The translations under genes and the position numbers were made by a program. Positions 7,770 to 16,595 of a stretch of 18,365 bases of DNA are shown here, one piece after another. This stretch comes from Nitrospinota bacterium. GTDB lineage: Bacteria > UBA8248. The stretch's first letter is position 1. Each line of letters starts with the position of its first letter. The notes under the pieces were generated by a model. The model did not search any database and was not told the origin of the DNA. It saw nothing but the letters and a program-made list of their open reading frames with translations. The DNA is taken from positions 1-18,365 of the forward strand of contig JAYGFR010000017.1 in assembly GCA_046581755.1 (NCBI GenBank), in the 5' to 3' direction.

Positions 7770-9113
7770 CTAGGGCAGGGCCGCGCCCTCGTAGATCCCT
7801 TCCGCCCGGTAGGCCTCGTCCAGCAGGATCAGGGGGTGCACGACGCGCAGGTCCATCCCCCGCTCCCGGGCGCCGAATCCGATCTGAATCTGACAGCCCG
7901 GATTTCCCGTGCAGAGCACCGGGGCGCCCGCGTCCCGTACATGGTCCATCTTCCGGTCGAGGAGTTTCATGGAGATATCGGTCTGCGTCAGGTTGTAGCT
8001 TCCCGCCGAACCGCAGCACCAATCGCTCTCGCGGAGGGGGGCGATTTCGATGTTCTCCATCGCACGGAGGACATCGAGGGGCTCCTCGCGGACCTTGAGC
8101 GCGTGGTAGAGGTGGCAGGGATGATGATAGGCCACCCGCCGTGGCTCGGGATGGGGGGCCTTGCGCACCCCGATCCGTGAAAGGAAGACCGTCACATCCA
8201 CCGCCTTTTCGCTGAAGCGGCGCGCCCTACCGGCATAGGCGGGATCGTCCGCCAACAGGTCGGCGTAATCGTGGAGCATGGCCCCGCAACCCGACACCGC
8301 CAGGACGATGGCGTCGTATTCCGCCGCGTCGATGGCATCGAGATTCCGCCTGGCGAGGATGCGCGCCGTCTCCCGGTCGCCCGCGTGCGCCTGGAGCGCC
8401 CCGCAGCAGGTCTGCTCGCGGGGAAACACCACGCGGACGCCATTCACCGCGAGCGTGCGCACGGCGGCGCGGTTGACCTCCCCGAAAAGTGCCGACTGAA
8501 GGCAGCCCCCGAAAAAGGCGACCCGGTATTTTTCCTCCCCGGCGGCGGGAACCTCCGGCGGGAGGGGCATCATCGCCGACACCTCGGGCGCCTCGGGCAT
8601 CATGGGCTCAAGCCGCGCCAGGCGAGCGGGAATCAATCCGAGCCCGCGCACAATGCTTCCCAGCATCGTTTTTTGGTAGAGGCGGGTGATCGCGGCGGCC
8701 AGGACGAGGAGCGGGCGGTTCGGGAGCAGCCACCTGAACAGAATCCGGCGGAGCGCCCGCTCGCCGAGGGGCCGGCCCCGCACCTTCTCGAGCCCCGCGC
8801 GCGCCGTCTCGATGAGCTTGCCGTAGGACACCCCGGAGGGACAGGCCGTCTCGCACGCCCGGCAGTCCAGGCAGCGGTCCAGGTGCTGGATGACCTCTCC
8901 GGTCGCCTCCATCTCCCCGTCCACCACGAGCCGCATGAGGTAGATGCGCCCCCGCGGGGAGTCCATCTCGTTCCCAAGGACGGCGAACGTCGGGCAACTC
9001 GTCATGCAAAAGCCGCAGTGGATGCACCGCTGGATGATCTCGCGGTCCACCCCGTCCGGGCCCAGGAAGGGGTTCGCGCCTTGGGCGGGCGATACGGCGG
9101 ATCTAGCGGTCAT
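7770..9113 (-). CDS. glcF: Glycolate/D-2-hydroxyacid dehydrogenase iron-sulfur subunit
   Basis: CIHCGFCMTSCPT..SPRGRI, CLDCRACETACPSGV, two CCG motifs (QTCCGAL, WCCGSAGSYN), YHHPCHL, NPGCQIQ. AAGGA RBS favours ATG 9113 over 9167. Confidence 0.93.
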   Translation of the reverse strand: MTARSAVSPAQGANPFLGPDGVDREIIQRCIHCGFCMTSCPTFAVLGNEMDSPRGRIYLMRLVVDGEMEATGEVIQHLDRCLDCRACETACPSGVSYGKLIETARAGLEKVRGRPLGERALRRILFRWLLPNRPLLVLAAAITRLYQKTMLGSIVRGLGLIPARLARLEPMMPEAPEVSAMMPLPPEVPAAGEEKYRVAFFGGCLQSALFGEVNRAAVRTLAVNGVRVVFPREQTCCGALQAHAGDRETARILARRNLDAIDAAEYDAIVLAVSGCGAMLHDYADLLADDPAYAGRARRFSEKAVDVTVFLSRIGVRKAPHPEPRRVAYHHPCHLYHALKVREEPLDVLRAMENIEIAPLRESDWCCGSAGSYNLTQTDISMKLLDRKMDHVRDAGAPVLCTGNPGCQIQIGFGARERGMDLRVVHPLILLDEAYRAEGIYEGAALP

Positions 9114-9129
9114 GCGGCGGGTTTCCTTT

Positions 9130-9230
9130 CTTATATCCGGGCCACGAAGCGCCCGGGCTGATCTCATAATCGGGCCACAAAGCGGCCCAGGGTGATCTTA
9201 TATCCGGGCCACAAAGCGGCCCGGACTGAG
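9130..9230. repeat. Three tandem 33-34 bp copies of the glcE 3' end
   Basis: 9130-9162 CTTATATCCGGGCCACGAAGCG-CCCGGGCTGAT; 9163-9196 CTCATAATCGGGCCACAAAGCGGCCCAGGGTGAT; 9197-9230 CTTATATCCGGGCCACAAAGCGGCCCGGACTGAG (the coding copy). Confidence 0.9.
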
Positions 9231-10574
9231 GGTTCCCAACGGATCGTACTCGGCCTTGAGGCGGCGCATGAGATCGACCATGGCGGGCTCGAGGGCATCC
9301 TCGCCCCATACCCCGTCACCGGCGCGCAGGGAATCGGGAGCTCCGGGCAGGCTGACATGGACCGCCCTGCCCTTTCGGGGGTCCGCGCCCGCCCGGCATC
9401 CCTCGCGAAACGAATTCCAGGCCGCGCCGGGAGAGGGGTTGCCTCCATCGGGCGCCAGCCAGCACCGGAGAATCCCGCTCGCGGCATGGGCCGCCGACGC
9501 CAGCCGGTAGCCGCCCACCCGCGCCGCATCCCCGGCCGCCGCCGCCATCCGGGGAAGCTGATCCAGCCGCGCCGAGGCGCGAAACTCCAGCGCATCGGCT
9601 CCGGAAAATCCGCCCCCCGGCGGATCGGCCAGCGCGCGGCCCAGCGCCTCGGTCTCCTCCCCGCCGAGGCGGCGAAGGTCCGCGCCTCCCGCCTCTCGGA
9701 TCATCTCCTCCGCCCGGGCAAGCATCTGGCCAAGGCCCTCCTCGAAGTCGCCATAGGCCGCCGCGAGACACCAGGGGCCCGGAAGTCCGGGAACCCCGGG
9801 CGCCATCGCCCCGATTCGCCCCGCGTCCACCGCCTCCACCCAGACGGGCGAGAGCGGCGCGGCCGAAAGCTTCCTCCCGGCGGCGAAAACCGCCTCGACC
9901 GAGGAGAATCCTCCCGCCACCGCGCCCACCCGATCGGGTTTTTTGTAGAGGCGGATGGCCAATTCGGTCACCACCGCCAGCGTCCCCCAGCTCCCGGCCA
10001 GGAGGCGGTTCATGTCGTATCCCGTCACGTTTTTCACGACGAGCGCCCCGTAGGTCTGCGTCGAGCCGTCCGCCAGGACGATGCGCATCCGCATCACCCG
10101 GTCCCTCGCCCGCCCGTAGCGCACCCGCATCGGTCCCGAGCGCTCGGCGACGATCGTCCCGCCCACGGTGGCCCGGTCCGGATGGGGCGGATCGAGCCCC
10201 GCCGTTTGCCCCTCGGGGCCGGTGAGGCGGTCCAGCGCCGAAATCGTCATGCCGGCGCCCACCACGGCGGTCAGGTCGTCGCGCAAAAACTCCACCGCCT
10301 CCGAAAGCCCTTCGGTCGAAAGGGCCACGTCGTAGCGCGCGGGAGGATAGCCCGTCCGCCGGCCCGTGCCTCCGCCCCAGGTCACCACCGCGAGTCCGGC
10401 CTCGTTCGCGCGGGCGAGCACCCGCGCCGCCGCCTCGTGCACCCCCGGCCGGGCGATGAGGGCGGGGGATTTCCCGCCGATTTCGAACGCGGCCACGCCC
10501 TCGGCGGTAATCAGCCCGTTCTCTCCCGTGTCGGCGAGGACAGCCTTGGCGAACGCATCGAGGGCGGAGGTCAT
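9198..10574 (-). CDS. glcE: Glycolate oxidase FAD-binding subunit GlcE-like
   Basis: DLTAVVGAG, ATVGG..GPMRVRYG..RD, GALVVKNVTGYDMNRLLAGSWGTLAVVTE, LKAEYDPLGTLSPGRF; located between glcD and glcF. Confidence 0.88.
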   Translation of the reverse strand: MTSALDAFAKAVLADTGENGLITAEGVAAFEIGGKSPALIARPGVHEAAARVLARANEAGLAVVTWGGGTGRRTGYPPARYDVALSTEGLSEAVEFLRDDLTAVVGAGMTISALDRLTGPEGQTAGLDPPHPDRATVGGTIVAERSGPMRVRYGRARDRVMRMRIVLADGSTQTYGALVVKNVTGYDMNRLLAGSWGTLAVVTELAIRLYKKPDRVGAVAGGFSSVEAVFAAGRKLSAAPLSPVWVEAVDAGRIGAMAPGVPGLPGPWCLAAAYGDFEEGLGQMLARAEEMIREAGGADLRRLGGEETEALGRALADPPGGGFSGADALEFRASARLDQLPRMAAAAGDAARVGGYRLASAAHAASGILRCWLAPDGGNPSPGAAWNSFREGCRAGADPRKGRAVHVSLPGAPDSLRAGDGVWGEDALEPAMVDLMRRLKAEYDPLGTLSPGRFVARI

Positions 10575-10580
10575 GGCGGT

Positions 10581-12026
10581 TTATTTGGACATGCCCGGCG
10601 CCGCGCGCATGGCGCCGCCGCTTTGGGCGATGGGAAAAAGAACATCCTCTCCCGGAAAAATCTTTCCGGGGTTCAGGAGCCCGGTCGGATCGATGGCATC
10701 GCGCATGCGCTCCATCATCCGGAGGGTGGGCTCGTCGAACTGATCCGCCATCTCGCGCATCTTCTCGATCCCGATGCCGTGCTCGCCCGAGAGGACCCCT
10801 CCCGCCCGGATGCAGACGCGCAGCACCTCGGCGCCGCACTCGACGGCCCGCTCGGTTTCGCCGGGCACCCGATCGTCGAAGAGGACGTTGGGATGGAGGC
10901 TGCCGTCCCCGGCGTGAAAAACGTTCGTGATAATGAACCCGAAGCGCTCTCCGATCTTGTCGAACTCGGCCAGCACCTCGGCCAGCTTCGAGCGCGGGAC
11001 GGTGCCGTCCAGGCAATAGTAGGCGGGCGCGATGGCCCCGAAGGCCCCGAAGGCTTTCTTTCGGCCCATCCAAAGGGACTCGCGCTCCTCCTCGCTCTCG
11101 GCCAGCCGGAACGAGGTGCAGCGGTTTTTCTCGCAGGCCTGGCGGATGATGGCCTCGAGGGGCCGCATCGAGGGGATGAGCCCGTCGAGTTCGATGAGCA
11201 GGACGGCCGCCGCGTCCCGGGGATAGCCCGCCTTCATCACCTTCTCGATCGCCTCGACGGTGTAGCGGTCCATCAGTTCCATGGCGGCCGGCACGGCTCC
11301 GGCGGCGATGACGTCGCTGACCGTGCGGCAGGCGTCGCCCACCTCGGCGAAGGTCGTCAGCATGGTCCGCACCCCCTCGGGGTTGGGCGTGAGGCGGACG
11401 GTAATCTCGGTGGTCATCGCGAAGGTGCCCTCCGAGCCCACGAAGAAGCCCCGCAGGTCCAGCCCCGGCGCCTCCTCGCCGTCCGACCCCAGGCGCACCA
11501 CCTCGCCCGAGGAGAGCACCACCGTCATCCCCAGGATGTGGTTCGTCGTCATTCCGTACTTGAGGCAATGGGCGCCGCCCGAGTTTTCGGCGGCGTTGCC
11601 GCCAATGGTGCACGCCATCTGGCTCGACGGGTCGGGCGCGTAGTGGAACCCGTGGGGCCGGGTTTCGTCGGAAAGGTGAAGGTTGATGACGCCGGGCTGG
11701 ACGCGGGCGAGGCGGTTTTCGTAGTCCACCTCCAGGATCCGGTTCATGCGCGTGGTGACGATCAGGACGCCGCCCGGCGCGGGTGTGGCGCCGCCCGAAA
11801 GGCAGGTGCCCGCCCCGCGCGCGATGATCGGCAGGTTCTCCTCGCGGCAGATACGCATCACGCGGCTGATCTCCTCGGTCGTCTCCGGGAGGACGACCGC
11901 CCCCGGCTGGCCCTTGTAGATCATGAGCGCGTCGTGATCGTAGGAGCGAAGCGCCGCGTGGGAGGTATGGACGTACTCCTCGCCCACGGCCTCGATGAGC
12001 TTTTCGGTGAGAGCGGACAGCTCCAT
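10581..12026 (-). CDS. glcD: Glycolate oxidase FAD-linked subunit GlcD
   Basis: ARGAGTCLSGGA, YAPDPSSQMACTIGGNAAENSGGAHCLKYG, GSEGT, NVFHAGDGSLHP, LSGEHGIGIEK, LNPGKIFP; AAGGA RBS. Confidence 0.95.
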   Translation of the reverse strand: MELSALTEKLIEAVGEEYVHTSHAALRSYDHDALMIYKGQPGAVVLPETTEEISRVMRICREENLPIIARGAGTCLSGGATPAPGGVLIVTTRMNRILEVDYENRLARVQPGVINLHLSDETRPHGFHYAPDPSSQMACTIGGNAAENSGGAHCLKYGMTTNHILGMTVVLSSGEVVRLGSDGEEAPGLDLRGFFVGSEGTFAMTTEITVRLTPNPEGVRTMLTTFAEVGDACRTVSDVIAAGAVPAAMELMDRYTVEAIEKVMKAGYPRDAAAVLLIELDGLIPSMRPLEAIIRQACEKNRCTSFRLAESEEERESLWMGRKKAFGAFGAIAPAYYCLDGTVPRSKLAEVLAEFDKIGERFGFIITNVFHAGDGSLHPNVLFDDRVPGETERAVECGAEVLRVCIRAGGVLSGEHGIGIEKMREMADQFDEPTLRMMERMRDAIDPTGLLNPGKIFPGEDVLFPIAQSGGAMRAAPGMSK

Positions 12027-12082
12027 GTTCCTTGCCCCGATTGATGGTCCATGCCGTTGTGCCGGTTTCTAGTCTTGCCCGG

Positions 12083-12136
12083 ATTATACCGCTCTCGCGC
12101 CCGGGCGCGACACCGGACCGGCGGGAGGCGTATAAT
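12083..12136. promoter_or_regulatory. Divergent promoter pair (glcDEF / MFS) with central palindrome
   Basis: TATAAT on - strand at 12083-12088, TATAAT on + strand at 12131-12136, perfect 16-bp palindrome TCGCGCCCGGGCGCGA at 12095-12110. Confidence 0.65.
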
Positions 12137-12172
12137 TTCTCCTTTTCGGATTCCTTTTTCCTAGAGGCTCGA

Positions 12173-13495
12173 TTGAACGCCACCAGCGCCCGCAAGGGCC
12201 CCCGATTCTACTACGGCTGGATCATCGTTTTCATATCCTTCCTCGCCATGGCCTTCCACAACTCCGCGCGTTTTTCGTTCACCATCTTTCAGGTCCCCCT
12301 CATCGAGGAATTCGGCTGGAGCCGGGGCACCCTGGGCGGGGCGTACGCGCTCATGCTCGGCGTCTACGCCCTCTCGGGCCCCATCGCGGGATCGCTCTTC
12401 GACAAAAAGGGCCCGCGCGCGATCATGCCCTGGGGATCGGTCATCATCGGTGTCGGGCTCATTTCCGGGTTTTTCATCCATTCGCTCTGGCAGCTGTTTC
12501 TCCTCTACGGCGCTTTTATCGGCATCGGGATGTCCATGAGCGGCTTCGCCCTGCACGGCGCGCTCATGCCGCGCTGGTTCCGGCGCAAGCGCGGCATCGC
12601 CACCGGCATCACCCTTTCGGGTGGCGGCGTCGGTTTTCTCCTTTTCTTCCCGCTCATCGAACGCCTCATCGCCTACGTGGGATGGCGCCATACCTATATT
12701 ATCTTCGGGGCGGCGATCCTCATCGTCATGGTCCCCCTGAAGCTGATCCTGCTGCGCGACCGGCCCGGGGACGTGGGCCAGGAAATCGATGGCGGCCCCG
12801 CGCCCGAGAGCGAAGAGCCTCCGGAACCGGCAGACCGCCCGCCCGCGGAGGAGCGGCGGGGAGTCCGCGAGGTCTTCGCCGAGGTTCGCCGCGACCCCCA
12901 CTTTTTGCTGCTCGCCGTCATCGTCTTTTGCCTCGGGCTGAACAACATCACCATCATGAGCCAGCTTCAGCTCTTTTTCGTTGACTCGAAATACGATACC
13001 GCCACCGCCGCCCGCCTGCTGGCCGGGATCGGCCTCATCCGAATGACGGGGAGCTGGTGCATGGGCTGGCTGAGCGACGCTATCGGCCGCCCGCGCGCCC
13101 AGGCCCTTTCGGCCCTCATTTCGGCGGCGGGGCTCACCATTTTGCTCACCCTCCCGGCGGCGGGCGGATCGATCCCGATGGGGCTCGCCTTCGTCCTCGT
13201 CTACGGCTTCGGGATGGGGGGGATGTCGGTCTGCTCCTCGGCCATGTCGGCGGACGCCTTCGGTGGGCGCGACTTTGGCGTCATCATGGGCTTTCTCGAA
13301 ATATGCTACGGCGTGGGTGGCGTCATCGGCCCGCCGGCGGCGGGGTTCTTTTTCGATTACGCTGGCAACTACAACCTGCCCTTCACGATCATCATCGTGA
13401 GCCTGCTCACCATGAGCTTCGTCTGCCTGGCCGTTTATCCCAAAGTGGCCGCGCGGGCCGAAATGCCCCGCCCCCGGCCGTCGCCTACCCCGTGA
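12173..13495 (+). CDS. MFS transporter, monocarboxylate / oxalate-formate antiporter-like
   Basis: RFYYGWII, EEFGWSRG, GSLFDKKGPR, RWFRRKRGIATGI, GWLSDAIGR, FGGRDFGVIMG; ~12 TM. Start reassigned to TTG 12173 (AGAGG RBS, downstream of TATAAT); the ORF-track start 12032 would span the promoters. Confidence 0.9.
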   Translation: MNATSARKGPRFYYGWIIVFISFLAMAFHNSARFSFTIFQVPLIEEFGWSRGTLGGAYALMLGVYALSGPIAGSLFDKKGPRAIMPWGSVIIGVGLISGFFIHSLWQLFLLYGAFIGIGMSMSGFALHGALMPRWFRRKRGIATGITLSGGGVGFLLFFPLIERLIAYVGWRHTYIIFGAAILIVMVPLKLILLRDRPGDVGQEIDGGPAPESEEPPEPADRPPAEERRGVREVFAEVRRDPHFLLLAVIVFCLGLNNITIMSQLQLFFVDSKYDTATAARLLAGIGLIRMTGSWCMGWLSDAIGRPRAQALSALISAAGLTILLTLPAAGGSIPMGLAFVLVYGFGMGGMSVCSSAMSADAFGGRDFGVIMGFLEICYGVGGVIGPPAAGFFFDYAGNYNLPFTIIIVSLLTMSFVCLAVYPKVAARAEMPRPRPSPTP

Positions 13496-14756
13496 ATTCG
13501 AGGATATAGAGCCCCAGGCCCCAGCGGTCGCCAAGGTAGATGAGCCCCGTCGAGGTGTCCACGAAAACATCGTTGCTCTGGGTAAACCAGCGCTCCGCGT
13601 TTCCGGCCGGAATGAAGTGGCCCACCTCCTTGGGCCGGAACGGGTTCGACCAGTCCACGATGCGAAGCCCCGCCCCGTACCAGCAGATGTATATCAGATC
13701 CTTCGCCGTCATGTCGAGCCAGACGTTGTGCGCCCCGTAGCGCGCGCCGAGCTGGCACCAGTAATCGTCCTTGGGGCGCATGGAGTCCGGGTCGATCTCG
13801 TAGGGATGAAAGGTGGAGATGGGCAGGGGCGCCAGCGGGTTCCGCATGTCGTAGAAGGTGACGAAGGCGGGCGGATGGGCGCAGTTCATCGTGACGCACT
13901 CGGTGACGACGATGGCGAAATCCGAGCCGGGGGGGACCAGGAAGGTATGGTAGCAGCCGGGCCAGCCGTGGGTCTCGTGGGGGTTGTGGCGCCACTTGAA
14001 TTCGGGCCGGCGCGGGTCGGCCATGTCGAACATGGCGATTCCGCCGTTCCAGAAGCCGCAGGTCGCGTAGTCCCCGAAAGGGTTCGCCTCGTGGAGCCAG
14101 ACGCCCCAGCCAAGCTCCTCGAAATTCCACGAGGGGGTCTCCCCCGCCCCCTCGTTTTGCCCCTCGATCCAGCACTGGGAAAGAAGCTCTGGGGATGCGG
14201 GTTCTTTCACGTTGTAGGTCCAGAGCACCTTCCCCCGGCAGCCGTCCTTGAAGCCCGAGCAGTAGAGCAGGTCGCGCTTGCGGTCGTGGACCGGGCGGTG
14301 GATGCCCCGCCCCTCGGTCTCGATGTAGTTGATGAGCCGGGGGTCGGCGGGATCGGACAGGTCGAACATGCGCATCCCGCCGATGAGTTCGGGATCGTCC
14401 GATTCGGGCCGCTTTTCGCTGTTCGTGTAAAGGACATCGCCCACGAGGAGAATCTTGTGGGTGCGCGCGCCGGGCGGGTCGGATATCTGGTTAACGACCT
14501 TGGGCTTCGCCGGGTTCGAGACATCGAGGATGGTCAGGCCGTTGTGGCCGTTCGCCCCCGAGGCGGCGACGTAGGCGAGTCCGTCGCGCACCTGAATCTG
14601 GAAGGTGTCCCCCCAGCCGCTTAGGTCCGAATGGCCGACGACGCGAACGTTTTTCTTGTCCTCCGCGACCGGCCCCGTGAGCGCGGTCGGCTCCTCGGTG
14701 ATGGGAACCATGGTGTCCAGCGCCCGGGGCAGGATCTTGTATTCGGGTTTCGGCAT
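13485..14756 (-). CDS. LVIVD-repeat beta-propeller protein, cytoplasmic
   Basis: Repeats GLTILDVSNPAKPKVV, GMRMFDLSDPADPRLI, GIAMFDMADPRRPE, YDMRNPLAPLPIS, GLRIVDWSNPFRPKEVG, GLYILE; GAGGAG RBS; no signal peptide. Confidence 0.9.
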   Translation of the reverse strand: MPKPEYKILPRALDTMVPITEEPTALTGPVAEDKKNVRVVGHSDLSGWGDTFQIQVRDGLAYVAASGANGHNGLTILDVSNPAKPKVVNQISDPPGARTHKILLVGDVLYTNSEKRPESDDPELIGGMRMFDLSDPADPRLINYIETEGRGIHRPVHDRKRDLLYCSGFKDGCRGKVLWTYNVKEPASPELLSQCWIEGQNEGAGETPSWNFEELGWGVWLHEANPFGDYATCGFWNGGIAMFDMADPRRPEFKWRHNPHETHGWPGCYHTFLVPPGSDFAIVVTECVTMNCAHPPAFVTFYDMRNPLAPLPISTFHPYEIDPDSMRPKDDYWCQLGARYGAHNVWLDMTAKDLIYICWYGAGLRIVDWSNPFRPKEVGHFIPAGNAERWFTQSNDVFVDTSTGLIYLGDRWGLGLYILEFTG

Positions 14757-14795
14757 TGCGGTGCACTCCTCGGCGATAAGGGCGGTAGATGAATT

Positions 14796-15851
14796 TTATG
14801 CGGGTGCCTGGACGCCAAGCTCCCCGGCCAGCGAGACCGCATCGCGCCAAACGGCTTCCTCGATGGGCACCCCCTCCCGGAGGCGGCGCTCCCGTTCCCG
14901 GAAACTGCGCTCGCCCGGAATCCGGATGCCGGAATAGCCCGGCGCCAGGGGCGAGGACTTCACCTCGAGCAGATGGGCGGCGACGGCCTCGCCGAACGCG
15001 GCGGGATCGCCGAAGCTCGACGGGTCGATGGCGATCAGAAGGTCTCCCTTGTCGTAGTGATTCTTCTCGGCGATGGAGCGGCCCAGATCCTTCCCCACCT
15101 TCGCGCCCAGCAGGGGCCCGGCCAGAAGACCCAGAACCAGGCTCAGGCCGAAACCCTTGTGTTCGGCAAAGGGGGTGAGCGCCCCCCGGGCCGCCTCGGA
15201 GGGATCGGTCGTGGGCTGGCCGTCCGGCCCGAGCGCCACGCCCTCGGGGATGCGCTCCCCGCGGGCCCTGGACTTCAGGACCGTTCCGAACGAGATGGCC
15301 GTCGTCGCGAAATCGACGAGAATCGGATTCTCTCCGCCGGAGGGAACGGCGATGGCCAGGGGGTTCGTTCCGAGGAGGCGCTCCATCCCGCCCAGCACGT
15401 GGGCGAGCGGAGCCGTCACCGTCGTGACGATCCCCACGCAGCCCGCGCGGGCGATCCGTTCGGCATAGTAGCCCGCCATGCAAATGTGGTTGCCGTTCCA
15501 GACGCCCACCGCACAGCAGCCCGCCCGCTTCGCCTTGCGGATCGCCAGCTCCGCCCCGTACAGCGCCCCCACCGGCCCCAGCGCGCGATCCGCGTCCACC
15601 AGGGCGGAGCCCTCCTGCTCCCGGACGATGCGGATGCGGGGCCGGGTGTTGATCATTTCGCTTTGGATTCTGTGAATCATGTTGGGCAGGCGAATCAGGC
15701 CGTGGGTGGCGTAGCCGCGAAGCTCCGCCTCCCAGAGCACCCCGGCCGCAAGGCCCGCGGATTCGTCCTCGCATCCGGCGGCGGTGTACATCGACTTCAT
15801 GAATTCGCGAAGCGGGCCCGCCGCTACGACGTGCCGAGACGGTTCGCTCAT
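14796..15851 (-). CDS. Ldh_2 family (type 2 malate/L-lactate/sulfolactate dehydrogenase-like) NAD(P)-dependent oxidoreductase
   Basis: AELRGYATHGLIRL, GNHICMAGYY, LLGTNPLAIAVP, DFATT, G.PTTDP, HKGFGL, RIPGE. Confidence 0.93.
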   Translation of the reverse strand: MSEPSRHVVAAGPLREFMKSMYTAAGCEDESAGLAAGVLWEAELRGYATHGLIRLPNMIHRIQSEMINTRPRIRIVREQEGSALVDADRALGPVGALYGAELAIRKAKRAGCCAVGVWNGNHICMAGYYAERIARAGCVGIVTTVTAPLAHVLGGMERLLGTNPLAIAVPSGGENPILVDFATTAISFGTVLKSRARGERIPEGVALGPDGQPTTDPSEAARGALTPFAEHKGFGLSLVLGLLAGPLLGAKVGKDLGRSIAEKNHYDKGDLLIAIDPSSFGDPAAFGEAVAAHLLEVKSSPLAPGYSGIRIPGERSFRERERRLREGVPIEEAVWRDAVSLAGELGVQAPA

Positions 15852-15892
15852 GCAATGACCTTTCTATTTCCAACTGCCTGGCGGGGGGTATT

Positions 15893-16405
15893 CTACAGAT
15901 CAGGTTCGGGCGCGGCGGCGCTCGCCTTGGAGACATTCATCATCCAGGTGTAGATCTCGATGCGGTTCCCGTCCGGATCGAGGAAGTAGAAGGCGTGGCT
16001 CCCGCTTCCGCCGATGAATCCCTCGTCGTCCTGGGCCTCGTGGCCGTGGACGTAGGGTCCCGATACGAGCTCGATGCCGCACGAGCGCACGTGGTCGAGG
16101 GCGTTGAGCCAGTCCTCGCGTTCGTCCACCTGAAAGGCCACGTGGTTGAGGCCCACATCCTTGCGCTTTGTCGTATCGATCCCCGTCGAGAGAGAATCGG
16201 GGTCCGAGCCCTCGGGCAACCCGAAGAGGACGATGTTGTGGTGCATCCGGTCGATCCGCATGAAGCAGATTTCGCCGGGAAAATCGGGGGGGGCCCACCT
16301 TCCGGTCAGCTTGAGCCCGACGACTTTGCGGTAGAATTCCACGGAGCGATCCATGTCGCTGACCTGGATGCCCACATGACCCACACTATTCACATTGCAG
16401 CCCAT
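15893..16405 (-). CDS. Single-domain VOC-family protein, extradiol dioxygenase-like
   Basis: GHVGIQVSDMDRSVEFY..GL, HHNIVL, LNHVAFQV, GPYVHG, FYFLDPDGNRIEIY; GGAGGAAGGA RBS favours ATG 16405. Confidence 0.9.
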   Translation of the reverse strand: MGCNVNSVGHVGIQVSDMDRSVEFYRKVVGLKLTGRWAPPDFPGEICFMRIDRMHHNIVLFGLPEGSDPDSLSTGIDTTKRKDVGLNHVAFQVDEREDWLNALDHVRSCGIELVSGPYVHGHEAQDDEGFIGGSGSHAFYFLDPDGNRIEIYTWMMNVSKASAAAPEPDL

Positions 16406-16481
16406 ATCCTTCCTCCCATGGTGGAACACCGGTCCCCATCTCCTGGGAATCTATTTTCATACATGTCGAATTCGATGGGGC

Positions 16482-16490
16482 ATTCTACCA
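16482..16490 (-). promoter_or_regulatory. Putative extended -10 promoter for the VOC-Ldh_2-LVIVD operon
   Basis: Minus strand TGGTAGAAT = TGn + TAGAAT, ~77 nt upstream of the VOC start; no good -35. Confidence 0.5.
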
Positions 16491-16595
16491 CGCCCGGCTC
16501 CTTTTTCGAGCGTCCCGGGGCAATTCGGGAGGGGCGGAATTCCCGGTCCGGCGTCATATTGAATAGACCGAAGGAGGCCGCCGGGAGGACCGATT

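Noticed and set aside
9130..9230. CRISPR array reading of the 33-34 bp repeats
   Set aside because: The copies are contiguous with no spacers, derive from the glcE coding end, and there are no cas genes in the window.
9192..12195. Very long alternative ORFs (9192..12044 +, 950 aa; 9316..12195 -, 959 aa)
   Set aside because: Arg/Gly/Pro-rich shadow frames of glcE/glcD caused by high GC3; no recognisable domains.
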